NCBI RefSeq assembly: GCF_964355755.1
Contig: NC_092671.1
Coordinates: 23,014,070 to 23,078,069, forward strand
Length of the DNA: 64,000 nucleotides
Origin: Antedon mediterranea
Lineage: Eukaryota; Animalia; Echinodermata
Direction of reading: 5' to 3'
The translations under genes were made by a program, and so were the position numbers. The notes under the pieces are model-generated. The model ran no database searches, had not been told where the DNA came from, and saw nothing but the letters and a program-made list of their open reading frames with translations. Below, one piece after another: positions 13,937-27,196 of this stretch. The first letter of the stretch is position 1. Every line of letters starts with the position of its first letter.

Positions 13937-14265
13937 TTAATCAATACTGTTGAGGCAGCGAGTGAGAAACGGGATTGCACTGTTTCCATATCTATTTGTC
14001 TTATTTTTGGGGACCTGGTATGTATTACTTTTCCGTAAGGCCATATTATGCGTACTCATATTTCTCGGAAACCACTCAGCATATCTATACGCATTAGCAC
14101 ATTTCTTTGCAAATTCAATGCAAAGTTGGTAACGTCTCTCAGTCATGGTATGGAGTCCCAACTGCTTCAGTGATTCCGTGTATGATACGTAATCCGCACC
14201 CACGATAATGCGGCATGCTCTCTTTTGGATTCGCTCCAATTGGTAGGTCTGTTCCTTGGTTATAC
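13937..14265 (-). mobile_element. 5'-truncated CR1/L2-group LINE ORF2 C-terminus
   Basis: ERIQKRACRIIVG..YTESLKQLGL..RRYQLC..FAKK..RYGNSAIPFL is the typical post-RT end of these LINEs. Confidence 0.8.
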
Positions 14266-14929
14266 TGCTAAAACGACAACAATTGCAGGTTTTGGGGATT
14301 TAACATACAAAATGACTATCAGATGTATTGTATAAATGAAGCCTATAAAGTATGCCACCATGTATAGTCAGGGGCGGACACAGGGTGTTGCAACACCCTT
14401 AATTTCATACTAAATGTTTTTTGCCAATAAATTAAAATTTAGATCCCATTTCATCATATATAAGAGCCTATATGTAAATTGACAGACTGCAGCGTACAAT
14501 TGACCAGCAGTCAACAATACCGCGCACATATTATGTAGATAATTATGTTTGTGAACATGCTCAGAATGAATTTCTGACTGTTTAGTAGAATGCTTGTGCA
14601 TCATGCGAAGGTACTGTATATCTTCATTTCCCATGCCCGTAATATTGGACCAAAATTCCGTAATAATTATGGACGTTCCGAACTTTGAAATAACGGTGTT
14701 AAAATTGCTTCTTTCTGCAAATTTCGATTTTTTCCTTTCTGGAGTGTGGTTTAAGTAACACTGTTGTACAGTTTATAGTAGATAAATGAAATTTATTTTT
14801 GGAAATTGTGGTGGTTTTACTGACTTATTTAGCATTTTTTCCAAAATATTTTTTATCTAACTTGCTTTATCCTATAGTCGCGTAGTGTGTGTTACCGGCG
14901 GAAAAAATATGCGGTATACGATCAGTATT

Positions 14930-15356
14930 GCTGTGTGAAAATGTGAAAATGTTTCATTACTACAAATATAAATGTATTTATTCTGAACAAAATGACACCA
15001 AAATCGATTGAAAATGACCAGTAGTTACAGAGATATACAAATACGAGGTCAAAGGTCAAACTGTAAGAAACGTCATTTCCGGTCATTTTTGGACGAAACT
15101 TTTCATTAGAGCAAATAGAAATATATAGTTTGTGAACAATTTGAGACCAGAATTAAGTCTCTAATGTGTATAGTTGCCAAGATATGAACATTTTTTGTTT
15201 TTATGGTGGCCATTTTGAATCAAGATGGCCGCCATACCGGACGTTGGACACTTGGCACCCCCCGATATTTTGAATCTATATACATCAAAGAAACTCTGTG
15301 CCAAGTTTCATGCTTTGGTAATAAAATGCACAGCTCATGTCATTAACTGCTCTACT
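14930..15356. mobile_element. DNA transposon end with a TAG terminus (Academ-like MITE arm)
   Basis: Ends ...actgctctacta (reverse complement TAGTAGAGCAG). Internal ggccattttgaatcaagatggccgcc and ggtcaaaggtca motifs are shared with TAG-starting arms near 12616 and 23504. Confidence 0.4.
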
Positions 15357-16179
15357 AACTTGACTGATTTCTTTGCTAATTGAGTCATAGCATGGAGAAG
15401 GAACAACACAGCCTAGTTATCCAGTTAATCCATTAGTATCACGCTGTGCGGTAGTGCTTAAGCATAGGGTAATAAACTTCCCATAACGATCCTTTGAAGA
15501 TTACGGCTCTGATTACGTAACACCCTAATTAAGGAAGAAGCCAGGCATGACATCGGCGACAAGAAAAGTAAACAGAGGCTGCGCAGTAGTTTCTAATACA
15601 TCATAGAGAAGCATGACCTTTGTGCAGTTGTTCATTGTTCTTTCAGCTTTTTTCTTGAAAAAACCGTTTAAAAATCGAGTAAATTTTCACGGAGATTTCG
15701 CAGTTTTTATACCAGCTAACAAATTAATCATATTTTTTATTAAGCCTTAGACGTATCATTTGGTAAATCGAAATTTTACCGTTTAAGCAACTTTTTAATT
15801 TACGGACCCTAATGCATTTTGTAGCATATTAAAGACTCCAACTTATTTTAAAATCATATTTTAGTGCACGCAAATGCGCGCATGAAAAGAATTATATAAT
15901 TTGTTCTCATGAAGATCCAATGACACAATTTCTTATTTTTATTACTGTATATGACATTTAATTTATGTTTCAGTCTATATTATGACCGTTTAGCAAAACT
16001 AAAATTCTTCTATTTTAGTCTGATATTGTATAATTAAATTATTTATGATATTAATATCATAAAATATATGATTTTTACGATCACATACTTAGAGTTCAGT
16101 GAAATTATAGGACGAAATTATATATCGTTTAACGATTTGTGGCTACACATACGCCTACTACATCTATAGTAGGCATCAG

Positions 16180-16360
16180 TTCGTAATATATTCCCAGTTC
16201 ACTCAGCTGTAAAATAAGTACCTGGTTGAAAATACTAGGGAGAAAAAAGGCGGCGTGGAAAGGAACTGGCCACCCTACCACATACTGCCGAGGGTTAGTA
16301 CAATGAGCTCCTAACAGCTCATTCCCCTACGTTCAGAGAACACGGGACTCACCCTTTTTA
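16180..16360 (+). mobile_element. SINE 3' fragment
   Basis: cccagttcactcagctgtaaaataagtacctg ... ggaactggccaccctacc ... ggactcaccttttta resembles conserved invertebrate SINE body and tail motifs. Confidence 0.45.
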
Positions 16361-17739
16361 AATAAGGATAATATTTAATCCCATAATGATGGACATATTT
16401 AGTGCATACCGTAACCGGTAGGCCTAATAGGTTCAGGCATAGGCGCGCCTATAGTAATAATAAACAATATCAATAATAATAGCAATAGGTTTTTTTATGT
16501 AGGTCTATATTAATATATTAATAATTGTAATAACGTTAGAAATAGTAGTAATATTTTATTAAAGAAGAAATTAATCAATTAGTTTTAGTTTTCGTATAGT
16601 CGTTATTATAAAATATGGTATAAAATGGTACTACGAGAATATTCGTTTAGTTATTATTAGTATCAACCCGTAAAAACAACTACAAATTATATGTGTTGGT
16701 TAAAAATTCAATTACAAATATAGTCTATGCTCTTTTGTAATTATAAGCCATTGTTTAAAAGGATTATGTACAGTTCGGTACATAGCGGTTAATCGTAAAA
16801 TTAGAAAATCGGACATACGAACAATAGATCGCCAACATTATTCGTACCCTTTTGCTGTATTTCTTACGTCGATACACAGTACACGACTGACGCGGCTGTA
16901 AACTTTGCCTGGAAAGTAACTAGTACAGTACACATTCTGGTCCCTGGATGGAACATGATATCACACGTAAACCGCAATGGAGCAGGCCCAATGTTAAACA
17001 ATTCGTACAGGGGAACCGCCAGACAAGTGCGTACCTATTCATTGTTTATTAGATCGCTGGCAATAATGCATGCATATAAAGTGCAATAGCTCTCCGCTCC
17101 AACGTACTAAAAAGAATGGAACGCCGAGGTTTTTCTAGGCGCTGAAGTTATACGAAGTGAACGCGAATGATTTTTACTGTATATTATATTCCCCGACGAA
17201 AAGTACTCGCGTTTCCCAGACGGGGAAGAGGGGGAGACGACGAGGAGATACAGCCCCCGTAGCCCCCCGCTGGCACCACCACTGGTCCTTATTAAACCCA
17301 TTAATCCATCATGATTCATGATAAGTTGTCTGGAGAAATTACCAACATTTAGTACACAGTAAACCATATAAATATAATTCCTTTATTGGTGCCGTATAAA
17401 ACTCGTATTATTAATTATTAATAAAAGATATCCAGCACTGCTTTTTATAAAAATTAATAAACAAGGTCGGAATACAAGTTCGGTAGGTCTACAAACAGTA
17501 TAGTGCACCTTTCACGCACATCGCCTAGTAAGAGTATTGTGACGTCCTATTACGCATGTGTACTAACACCAAAATTGACCGCGGGCAGTAAACATTGTAA
17601 TCTTTGCTAATTGGGTTACGTAACGGCAGTGTTTAACACCTATTAAAAACTCATTACAAGCATAGCCTTAAGGAAGCGGTAAACACTGTGAACTGACTGA
17701 ACTATTCAAGTTGTGTCTCCTCTTATTCTTTACCAAACA

Positions 17740-18548
17740 GGCAGGATTTTTTACGCTTTTTAAGTACCGCGCGCGCAAAAACATGTTTTTGCGCAGTAAT
17801 TTTTTAAAACACGCAAATGGTCTAATTCATGCTCTAAATTGATCAAAACTTAATTTTGAGCTTTTTATATTTTTAATGAACGATTTTTGTTTGTTTGTTT
17901 GTTTTATCTTTATACTGGGTGACTGACTGATCTCCCAGAGGGCCCAGTTGGTGATCAGTGGCTGTGATGTACTAATACACCGGGGTAACCCCCTACTCGT
18001 CTCGAAAGATGTACTAGGTTCTTTAAAGTGCACACGAGCAAGTTGTGTACACTGGACCTACGGTTTATAGTCCTTATCCGAGAAGACTCGTTCTACCAAC
18101 AGAACCATGGAGTGAGTGAGCCTCGAACCCCTGCCGATGTTATGGCTACGTGATTACGGTTCCACTGTCTTAACCGCTCGGCCACTCACCCACCCATTTC
18201 ACGCGCATGACCTTGAAATGCATAAGTTTTTATTTGCTAATATTTTTACCCTTGACCTGAAGTTTACGTATAAGTGAATTTTATTGATATGTGATAAAGA
18301 GTTATGGAGATATGATTGATAGTGTGATTTAACAAATTCGCGTATTAATGACGTCATGGTTGAGTGTTCACGCTAAAAAGCTTATTAGGATTAAGTTACA
18401 GCATTGGAAAGATATTGTGAAATTTTTGTGATCATTGACATTTAACTTTTTGAGATATTTGTTACACAAAATAGTGTACAAAAAGAAGAAGAATAAAGAT
18501 TTCATACAATAACAATAGGTGATCATTTTATTCTAAATGATCACCTAA
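17740..18548 (-). mobile_element. Family B Helentron-type element, 5' part, lacking the A insert and interrupted by a SINE
   Basis: Reverse complement of the 2621 end (taggtgatcattttattctaaatgatcaccta), contiguous with sequence homologous to 4260-4560. Confidence 0.8.
17885..18195 (-). mobile_element. tRNA-derived SINE
   Basis: Near-identical reverse copy of 43285-43607, with an (AAAC)n tail. Confidence 0.85.
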
Positions 18549-21427
18549 TTAACATTTCCCCCTCCCCCCAAAAAAACATGTTATTTCACAATTAATAACG
18601 ATGCCCAGTATTTCAACAAAAGCAAATTTTTTTATGTATTTGTTTCATGAATTAACAGTCGAGCAGCAAAGTGCTCATTTAACCGTTAAAACGCTGTTTT
18701 TTAACTGCGCAGGTCACTGAGCATCGCCAAGTTATAGTGACTTCCGGTTCGCTTTTCACTTCGCGGCAAGCATTTTGCATGGGAATACCCTTACAAATCT
18801 GCTGCAATTTTCACCATCCGGGTTAAATTATATCTTTCTATATTTAGAAATTGTTACTCCTAATATGGAAGATTATTCCCGCCACAAAATTTTGGTATAA
18901 ATAGCCCAGGAAATGACGACAGAGCTTATTGAAGAAAAAAGTGCAGATGGAGGTGTTCGTTGAGGTAGGCTACATGATTTATTTGTTTGGTTTCGTAGGG
19001 AATCCGGCACTTTTCTCATCAGCACGTGCAATGCAATGTGCAATCCGTTTTTAAACCAGTTAATATACCAAAATATGTTATTAATAGCTTTATTATTTTG
19101 GATTTGGTGCTAGTTTGGTAAATATTGCAATATAATTGTAGATTATTTGGTTGTAAAAAAATGTACCCAACTTGTATTATCTAGGCCTAGGCTAGGCCTA
19201 GCCCATTTGACGGAAACCCAGTGCTATTTGTAGAGGGATAGAGAGGGCCGCAGGCTAGTTTTTAGTGGCATATCGCCGACTTATTATAGGCCTAGACCTT
19301 TTAATTTATTTAATTAATTTAGGACTATATTACGGGAAATTCTTTGCCAAAAAAAAGAAAATATGTTGTGGCTGTTGGAGGTTTGTAATGACAATAATGT
19401 AGCCTAGGCTAGGAAGGACTGTAGGTAGGATGAGGTAATTTGGATGGTCGTACATAGTATGATATTTATATATACAGTATAGTAGTAGTGATCATGGCGA
19501 CACAATTTAGGATGACTAAAGTTGACATTAAAATTATTTAACTATGAATAGCTCATTATTGGTGTTTTTTTTCTTTCAGGTTTCTAAGAATAAACTATCC
19601 GACTTGTGATTCATCTTGTGCTGCAAAAACAATCCTATTTTGATATTTGTAAATTGATGTACGTAACAGATGTCTTTAAAAATAAAAAAAAAATAAAAAT
19701 TTTTATTATTGCGATGATTTAACTCAAATATTGACATATATAATAACTTGATATTTTAGCCTGAGCAAGATAGTTTGATAGGCATATTTTACTTTGATGT
19801 AAACAAGATATTACATGTTATACTGTATGTAAAATACTTTTGTGTAAATAAAATTATTTAATGGTGGTTAATTTATTAACTTGTTAATTTGTTTGTTAGT
19901 TATATGATGTTATACAACTGTATTAATTATTTAGTTAGTAACCAAAGCGGAGTGGATTCGTGCCAGTTGCAACTTGACTGTAATATGCATATATATAATA
20001 ATATGTACTTCTTGGATAAAGTTAAAGGAAAATAAGCAATAATAAAAATCAAATATTTATTTTGCCATAAAGAAAGCAAAAACTAAACATACAGTACTAT
20101 ATGTACAGTAATACCATGGACCTATAGGTCCATGGTATTACATACTGTAGTATTGAGCACCAGTAGCAGAGACGTCTGGACAATCGAATATAATCGTTAT
20201 CAGCTGTCTGGGTACCCAAGGCTAATGCTAGAAAATGGCAAAAATTTGTGTATTCATTCGCCGTCAGCGAATTGAATCCGGCACTTTTCTCATCAGAAGC
20301 AAATCAACAAATCCTTTTATCAGTTTGTTTTGATATATAATCTGGATAATATATATTAAAATGGCCTTGGTTCAAGCATGTTTAACAGGTAAAATCAGAT
20401 TTTTTCCTACCTAGGCCCCTTAGCACTGCGGTACCCTACGCCGTGTGGGGGAACCGATCTCGGCAGTATTTCTTAAGTAGCCTATCTTTCGTAAACTCCT
20501 TAGTTGAATTTTATTAATATAAATTTAATTGTATGAATATGCTATTTAAATGTTATTGAACATTTTTTTGCTGCATTTTGTAATTCCGCACTACTTGCTT
20601 TATCGCGATTCCAAGATGGCGGCAATTCAAATTTTGATTTGGTAATAATTCGCGAGGTCAACCACTCTGCTGCCAGACTGTTAACAATCAAGCCAAGCAT
20701 GTGTGACATTGTTATTGTTGTATTGTATGTCACATAACTCTTCCCTGTAACATGCAATATGTGTCAATAGTCGGGCGGTGTCCACTCACGAGGTGAAAAA
20801 GAGCTTTACTTTAAAAAGATTTTTTTACATGCAAATGTCAGTGAAACACTTATTTAGTGGAGAAAAATTACTTTATTAACAAAATTATCAAAGGCTTAGG
20901 TGGCTAGGCTATACCACACTGGAAAGGTGTCTGACATTACCCATTGTTTAGTACTGAACATAGGCAGGTGGTAGGTAGGCCTGGGCCTAGTCAATTTGGT
21001 ATTTGATATGCCAGATGATGTATGCTTGAAATTTTTTTAGTGCCCTCTATATAATTTTAAATTATTTTTACTTTAACTCTCTATTGTTTACCCGAAATTT
21101 CGTTTTTCAACTTGGTACCTCTGTGATCACTACAGCGATATGCGTAGTCTACAAAAATTAGGGTTGTTTTGTTATGGTGGGCTCCATAAAACAAACAATT
21201 AAATATCCAAATAGCATTAAACATGATGTTAGCATGTAGTTTTTAATTATGAAAACCCTACTGGTTGTCCAGGCATAAATTAATTTATAAATATGGCATC
21301 CTACTGCATGGAAAATATTACTACTGCAGGGAAACCTGCATATTGCTCATTCTTCTGATATATATATTCTTTGATATAACATATTTTAACAATATTTTTC
21401 AATTAACAAAAAAAAAAAAAATCACAC

Positions 21428-21592
21428 CTGAATCCTCATAAATTGTGTAGTTGCTTCCTTGATTGGATTCCCAATTTGGTCTGTTAGTCTCCCACTGCCT
21501 TTCTCTTTCAACCCAGTGGTATCTTTGTCTGTGCTGCTTACGATTTTTAGAGCTTTTACGTGCTGTTTGCCGTGACCGCTCTTCTGGATTTA
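21428..21592 (-). CDS. SETDB1: Probable downstream SETDB1-like exon with an H3-tail-like motif
   Basis: Acceptor ttttatatttaaag, donor gtgtga, 165 nt, open, phase 1 to phase 1 (compatible with exon 44848-44962). Translates (V)NPEERSRQTARKSSKNRKQHRQRYHWVERERQWETNRPNWESNQGSNYTIYEDS. Human SETDB1 has KQVAKKST in the equivalent linker (recalled). Confidence 0.7.
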
Positions 21593-21682
21593 CTTTAAAT
21601 ATAAAATATGAACAAACAAATTAATTGTAATAGTAATGTGCAAGTGGCAGCATATGAATGAAAAAATCTGTGAAAGATTATA

Positions 21683-22778
21683 GGGCCTGTTTCTGCTGAG
21701 CAGGAATAATCGGTTATTAACTGATTATTTTTTAGTCAATTATTTTTGGGCAGCAGAAACTGCGCAAAATGACTACATACGATATAAAAAATTACCGATT
21801 AAAACACTCAATCGATATCGTGTTGTAACGGCAAATAACTGATTATCGCTGAGAAGTTTTTAGCTGCAACACAATACTGTAGATATGAGATAACATGTGA
21901 TTGTTATTATTTTTCTCTAGGGAAAATAAAAAGAATTCTGCGTTAACACCATTACATCCCACCAGTCCAGATTAACGATGTCTTTCCTGACCCTTTTAGG
22001 CCTGTCGTTGCCCAAGAAGTAACACAACAGTGAAACAAACTTCCTCGCCGACGACGTGCTCTTATTAATATATAATAAAACATCATTATTCTGTTTGTTA
22101 TATGTGGTAGTAGATATTTATTGATTCATAGTCAATTGAATATCTATGATTGGATTTTCAGAGTTCAATTTTTAGATTTTAATAAAACGTGTGATAGTTT
22201 TAGACAGCGATAGAATGTAAGCAAATCAACTCATCCTGGCCGCGTGTTTTTTTTTCCAGGACGAACGTGGGCAGAAGTCATGAATAATTCATTACCTTAA
22301 TTATTTTTATTATAAAGAATTGAAAGATAGCAGATCTACTTCCTAAATATACTAAACCTAACCCTCTAAATAATCTCTCTCAACTATTAAAAAAAACATG
22401 TTCATGAAAGACCTCGAACCGAGGGCTTCAGCGTAATAGGTTGAAGCCTTTACCACTAGACCAAACATTTCGGTTGGCAAACGTTGTTTACACTAATTAT
22501 TTAATCTCTCTGCATTCTTATACAGCGCCCTCTATAATGTTCCCTATTATGTCATAATTAATCATGAATTATTCATGATTTCTGCCCACGTTCATCCTGG
22601 AAAAAAAAATTACGCATCCTGGCCTTCCCTAATTTGAACTGCATTGTGGGTAATGATGTGATTTTTAAAAAGCGATTACCAGATAACTTTCAATTGCAAC
22701 ATGGAAAATTTTGTGGTTGGCAGTATTTAAGTTGCAGAAATAATTGATTATTTTGATTTTTTCAGCAGAAACAGACCC
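21683..22778. mobile_element. PIF/Harbinger-like MITE
   Basis: TIR GGGCCTGTTTCTGCTGA / TCAGCAGAAACAGACCC (1 mismatch). TSD is not clean. Confidence 0.6.
22242..22615. mobile_element. Mutator-like MITE carrying a tRNA-like Pol III segment
   Basis: ~50-bp TIRs (..ccaggacgaacgtgggcagaagtcatgaataattcat) and perfect 9-bp TSD ATCCTGGCC. Internal minus-strand TGGTCTAGTGGTA ... GGTTCGAG at ~22400-22465. Confidence 0.8.
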
Positions 22779-23096
22779 ATTTGTATAGGCAAAGTCAGAA
22801 CTGTGGTCATGTTACAAGAGTTGTCAAAACAATATAGAACTATCTGAAAACTTAACAACATAAAACTTCTAGAAAGTAGGAAGCTTTTTGCCAATTTTCT
22901 GACTGTATCATAATTGCAATGGAGCTGGATGAAAAGGTTTAATTATGCAAGGAACTATTCAGAAAGTAAAATCAATTAGCAAAGAAGATAACAAACTAAA
23001 AGAAAAACAAGTACAGTAGTTGATTGTGAAAACATTTTCATCTGGTTTTGATTTAGTAATGAGATATCATTGAAGAAAGCTTCTTCAGGTTTACAT

Positions 23097-23136
23097 AAAT
23101 AATAATAATAATATAATAATAATAATAATAATAATA
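23097..23136. repeat. (AAT)n microsatellite
   Basis: Seen directly. Confidence 0.9.
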
Positions 23137-23245
23137 CCGTACTGACGCGGGTATAAGCCCATACGCGGGTATAAGCCCACCCCCAACTTTTGACTAATTT
23201 TCATGAAAAATTAGGCACTCGGGTATAAGCCCACCCATTAATTCA

Positions 23246-23503
23246 TTGTACGGATCTTCTAAACCGTATCCAGTTTGCCGCTTAAACTTAAAAAACCCAA
23301 GTTTCCTGATGGTACTTATTATTTTGGCTGGAGACGTTTCTCCGAACCCAGGACCAATCAGAAACCCATGTTCAATTTGTAAAAAACAGATTGCGAAAAC
23401 GCACAGGGAAATGAAATGCACTGAATGTAAATGTAACTACCATATCAAGTGCGGAAGAATAACTAAAATGGTATATGATAAGCAACGGAACTCGAAAGAT
23501 AAT
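23246..23503 (+). mobile_element. LINE ORF N-terminal fragment with a 2A-like motif followed by a PHD finger
   Basis: LIILAGDVSPNPGP followed by CSIC..KCTEC..YHIKC. This 2A+PHD arrangement is known in CR1/L2-group non-LTR elements. Truncated by a TAG-starting element at 23504. Confidence 0.75.
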
Positions 23504-24166
23504 TAGTCCAGTCCCTAAGGGGAGAAAAGGGGGTGGGATGTTACCAGACTGGATACAAATTTTTCAGTATAGCAGTTTGGTAGAGTATAGTGTGGAGATG
23601 CCAAAACAAAGTTACTGGAAATCTGATTTGACCTCTGTGACCTCTGACCTCAATTTTTATACTTTTCTATTATATAACTAAAAATCGCCATATCTTGACA
23701 ACGCAGGGACATTTTACATTAATTTTTTTTTCAAAACGCTTGGAAGATATATATTTATATTCGCTATAATGAAAATAATTGTACAAAAATGGCCGCAAAG
23801 GCTTTATTTTTCAGTTTGACCTTTGACCTTGATTGCCTAATATCTCAATAACACGCAATCTCAGAAATTTGAAAATGGGCTCAAAATGTTAAGAAAATAA
23901 ATCTAATATTTAGTCTAATAGAAACTTTTTTCAAAAAATTACCATAAATTAAGCTTTTTTGACCCTTGACCTCTAATGTTTGAATATGTCAATATCTCGG
24001 TAACTATTTGTCCTAAAAAGTTCAGTTTGGTGTCAAATTGTTTAGAATATACACATTTATATTTGCTCTAACAAAATATTTTGTCATAATTCAATTGGAA
24101 ATGTCATTTTGAGCTATGACCCATCGTTTTGCATATATTTAGCAATTAATAATCTATAAAAAGAGA

Positions 24167-24425
24167 TCGAGAGAGGGGAGGGGGTTGGGGTGGATGGAGA
24201 GACACATATTTTTGTTACATGTTACACAAATGGTAAACTCTGTCTACACTATAACATTTTTATGCGACAAAAAAATGTGATGTGCCCATATATGGACACG
24301 ATGAATGACATATCACTACCATATTTGGGCACATCACACCTTTTTTGTTAAACTAGTTTATAGTGTAGACAAACATGTAAAAAATATGTGTCTCTCCATC
24401 ACCCCAACCACCTCCCCCTCTCTCG
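24167..24425. repeat. Short foldback hairpin (~120-bp arms)
   Basis: gagaggggagggggttggggtggatggagagacacatatttt ... aaaaatatgtgtctctccatcaccccaaccacctccccctctctcg, with inner gtgatgtgccca / tgggcacatcac. Confidence 0.8.
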
Positions 24426-24849
24426 CTTTTCCAATGCTACTGCATGCATCTATACACATCAAAATGACCGGAATTGTACTGGAAAGTTTTTAGCTACATT
24501 TGAAAATAAGTCCCAGAGGATGGGTGTATTGTAATGTTATCAGAATTATGGCAATTGTTTGTAATGGGAAAGTTTTAAAACTACATTTGAAATATTTGCT
24601 AATAATATCACATGCTATTAAAGATATACTTATTTTCCCACTGACAAAAGTAATGTTGACAAATATTTTTGTTGAATATGCAATTTTAATGTCACACATA
24701 ATAGTTTCACCAAAAATTGGATTGAAAAAAAATGATATAGTGCATACCCTAAAAAACTGTAATTCAAAGCAAAAAATAGGCTGGAAGTCTTTGTGATTTT
24801 GGTTAAATTAACTGTTTATTTTGTCTTTAAAGTGATATTTACTCTATTT

Positions 24850-25700
24850 TTTAGATTAGCTCTTTGATTAAACACCTCTTCCAATGCAGTGAAGATCTTA
24901 AGTGTCGCCTTGTCTTACTAATCTTCCTTAACTTCTCTTTGAAAGATCGTAATCAATATTTGTTGAGGTATAATATTTCCCTCTAATATGGTTATGCCTG
25001 TTTTATTGAGTCAAATGCTTTCTGATAATCTCTAAATCAAAGATTTGGTGATATTCATTTCTTTTTTATTTTAGTTGATTGACAAACTGTATAAGATGGT
25101 CCTACTGTATAAAGCCTTATATATTGGTTTATTTACTTCTAGTCGGTTTCTGATTTTGTTTTTTGATTACTTTTGTAAATTATTTGTGTACATGTGATAA
25201 TGTTCGTTTGGTCGGTAATGGTTGATGTCATTTTTGTCATGTTTTTGTGGATTAAAGTTAAATTATCATTGCTTCTCTTAATTTCTTCTGGTTTCAAAGA
25301 TTTTGTTAGTGTTATGAGCTGGATGTGTTATTGCCTCATCAAGCCAAGATGGTAATTTTGACTGCTCACTGGTTTGTTTTCCTTTTATATTCCACTACAG
25401 TATGTTCTTGAAAAGAAATCAACTTTGTAATTAATTTGTCTTTGATCCTTTTCAGATTTCTAATATTTTAAACATATGTTTTTCTTTTCTTCGCTTTTTC
25501 CTCACTGTTTCAAACATTTTATTTTTTTCAGCATACTTCAAGCAATTAATTGATAATTAGGTCATATGTTTTATGAGTATCAAATCGCATTGGTTAATTC
25601 TTCTTTTCTTTCTTTAAGATCCTGATTTTCTTTTTTTTTTATTGTTATTTAACTTGTAAGTTTATCTAATTTTTTGTTGATATTAAGTGTTGCTCTTACG
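24850..25700 (-). pseudogene. Heavily decayed RTE-clade reverse transcriptase
   Basis: Frameshifted minus-strand motifs LIHK..DKNDINHYRP, DY.KAFDSI, VRQGDT and FTALEEVF occur in RT order. Confidence 0.7.
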
Positions 25701-26090
25701 GTGTAGGCCTACCATGCGATGGAATTATATATTGAAATTAAATTAAACATTAAGTTTTAAGAAAATTGTAAAAGGCTAAATAGGATATTGAATGTAGTTC
25801 TGGTCCATTAAATCTATATTTTAGGTATATTATTATAAGTATGACACACGCACGCACGCTTAACAGTATATTCTGGTCATACCTCAAACTGGCATTTCCA
25901 GTAAAAATATGATAACATCTTCTATTAGAGCTAATATAAATGTGTACATTTTGAACATTTTGACACCAAGTTGAACTTTTTATGACATTTGGTTACAGAG
26001 ATACAGACATATTTAAACATTAAAGGTCAAAGGTCAGTAAATTACATGATTCTGATTCTGATGTTCAATTATTGCTATATGCTGATCATT

Positions 26091-27196
26091 CTACGATTCT
26101 GTATTCTCATCACGATGCCACCAAATTCGCTCATAAATTAAGTAATGTCCTACTGTAGCTAAGTGCCAGGACTGGCTAACTGAAAACAAATTATCTTTAC
26201 ATGTTGGCAAAACCGAAAGTATTATCTTTGGTAGCAGAGCGAAGCTTAACAAAGTTAAAGAGTTTTCTGTGGAATTAATGGGCCGTAGAATCAAAAGTAC
26301 TAAGCAAGTTAAATATTTGGGTATTGATTTAGACCAATATGTATCATGTGATATTATTGCAACTAGTGTTATCAGTAAAGTTAAGTCAAGGTTGAAGTTT
26401 TTACATAGGCAAAGTTTGTGCTTGAATAAAAAATGTCGTAAACTATTAAGCACTGCTTTAATACAATGTACATTTGACTATTCTGCCTCGGCATGGTACG
26501 GCGGTGTCAATAAGAATCTTAAACATAAATTACAAACTGCCCAAAACAAGATGGCACGTTTCATTTTAAATGTTGGTCCGAGGTCTCACATAGGTGCCAA
26601 AGAGCTTTCCGATCTTGGGTTTCTTAATGTCAGCCTCAGAAAAAGTTTTTAAGATTAAATTATGTTCACAAAATTTGCTATAACTTTAATACGCCTTCTT
26701 TCCTTAAGGATAACTTTTTGTTAATTTCTGATCATCATAACCATTTCACCAGGGGTACAACATTTAATTTTGTCACTCCTAAGGCTACTGGCGTTAATGA
26801 TTCGACTTTTTATTTCTTAGGTATCCGTGACTGGAACAGGCTCCCCAATTCACTCAAATAAATACAAAATAATGCAACCTTCAAAATAAAACTTAAAGAA
26901 TATTTTAATAATGAACAGCTTGGAATATCAGTTTAATTAAGTTATTTTTTAATATTGTTTTTGATGTTATCTTGTCATATGTATTTTCTTGTTTTTCCAA
27001 TTTTACTGCGTCCAACTTAATGATATATTGTACTAGGCCCAACCACTCACTTTTTCAGTTAATACGGATTGGACCCCATTGGAAATAAGTTTACTTTTAT
27101 TTGTCGACTTAATGGGTTATCCTGGTATTCTTTTTGTACATTGTATATTTTATCTTTTGTGTATGAATATCGAATAAAATCAATCAATCAATCAAT
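26091..27196 (+). mobile_element. 5'-truncated Crack/CR1-group LINE with 3' tail
   Basis: ORF KYLGIDLDQ..KSRLKFLHRQ..FDYSASAWY..KLQTAQNKMARFIL. Ends aataaa(atca)n at ~27173-27196. Confidence 0.85.
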
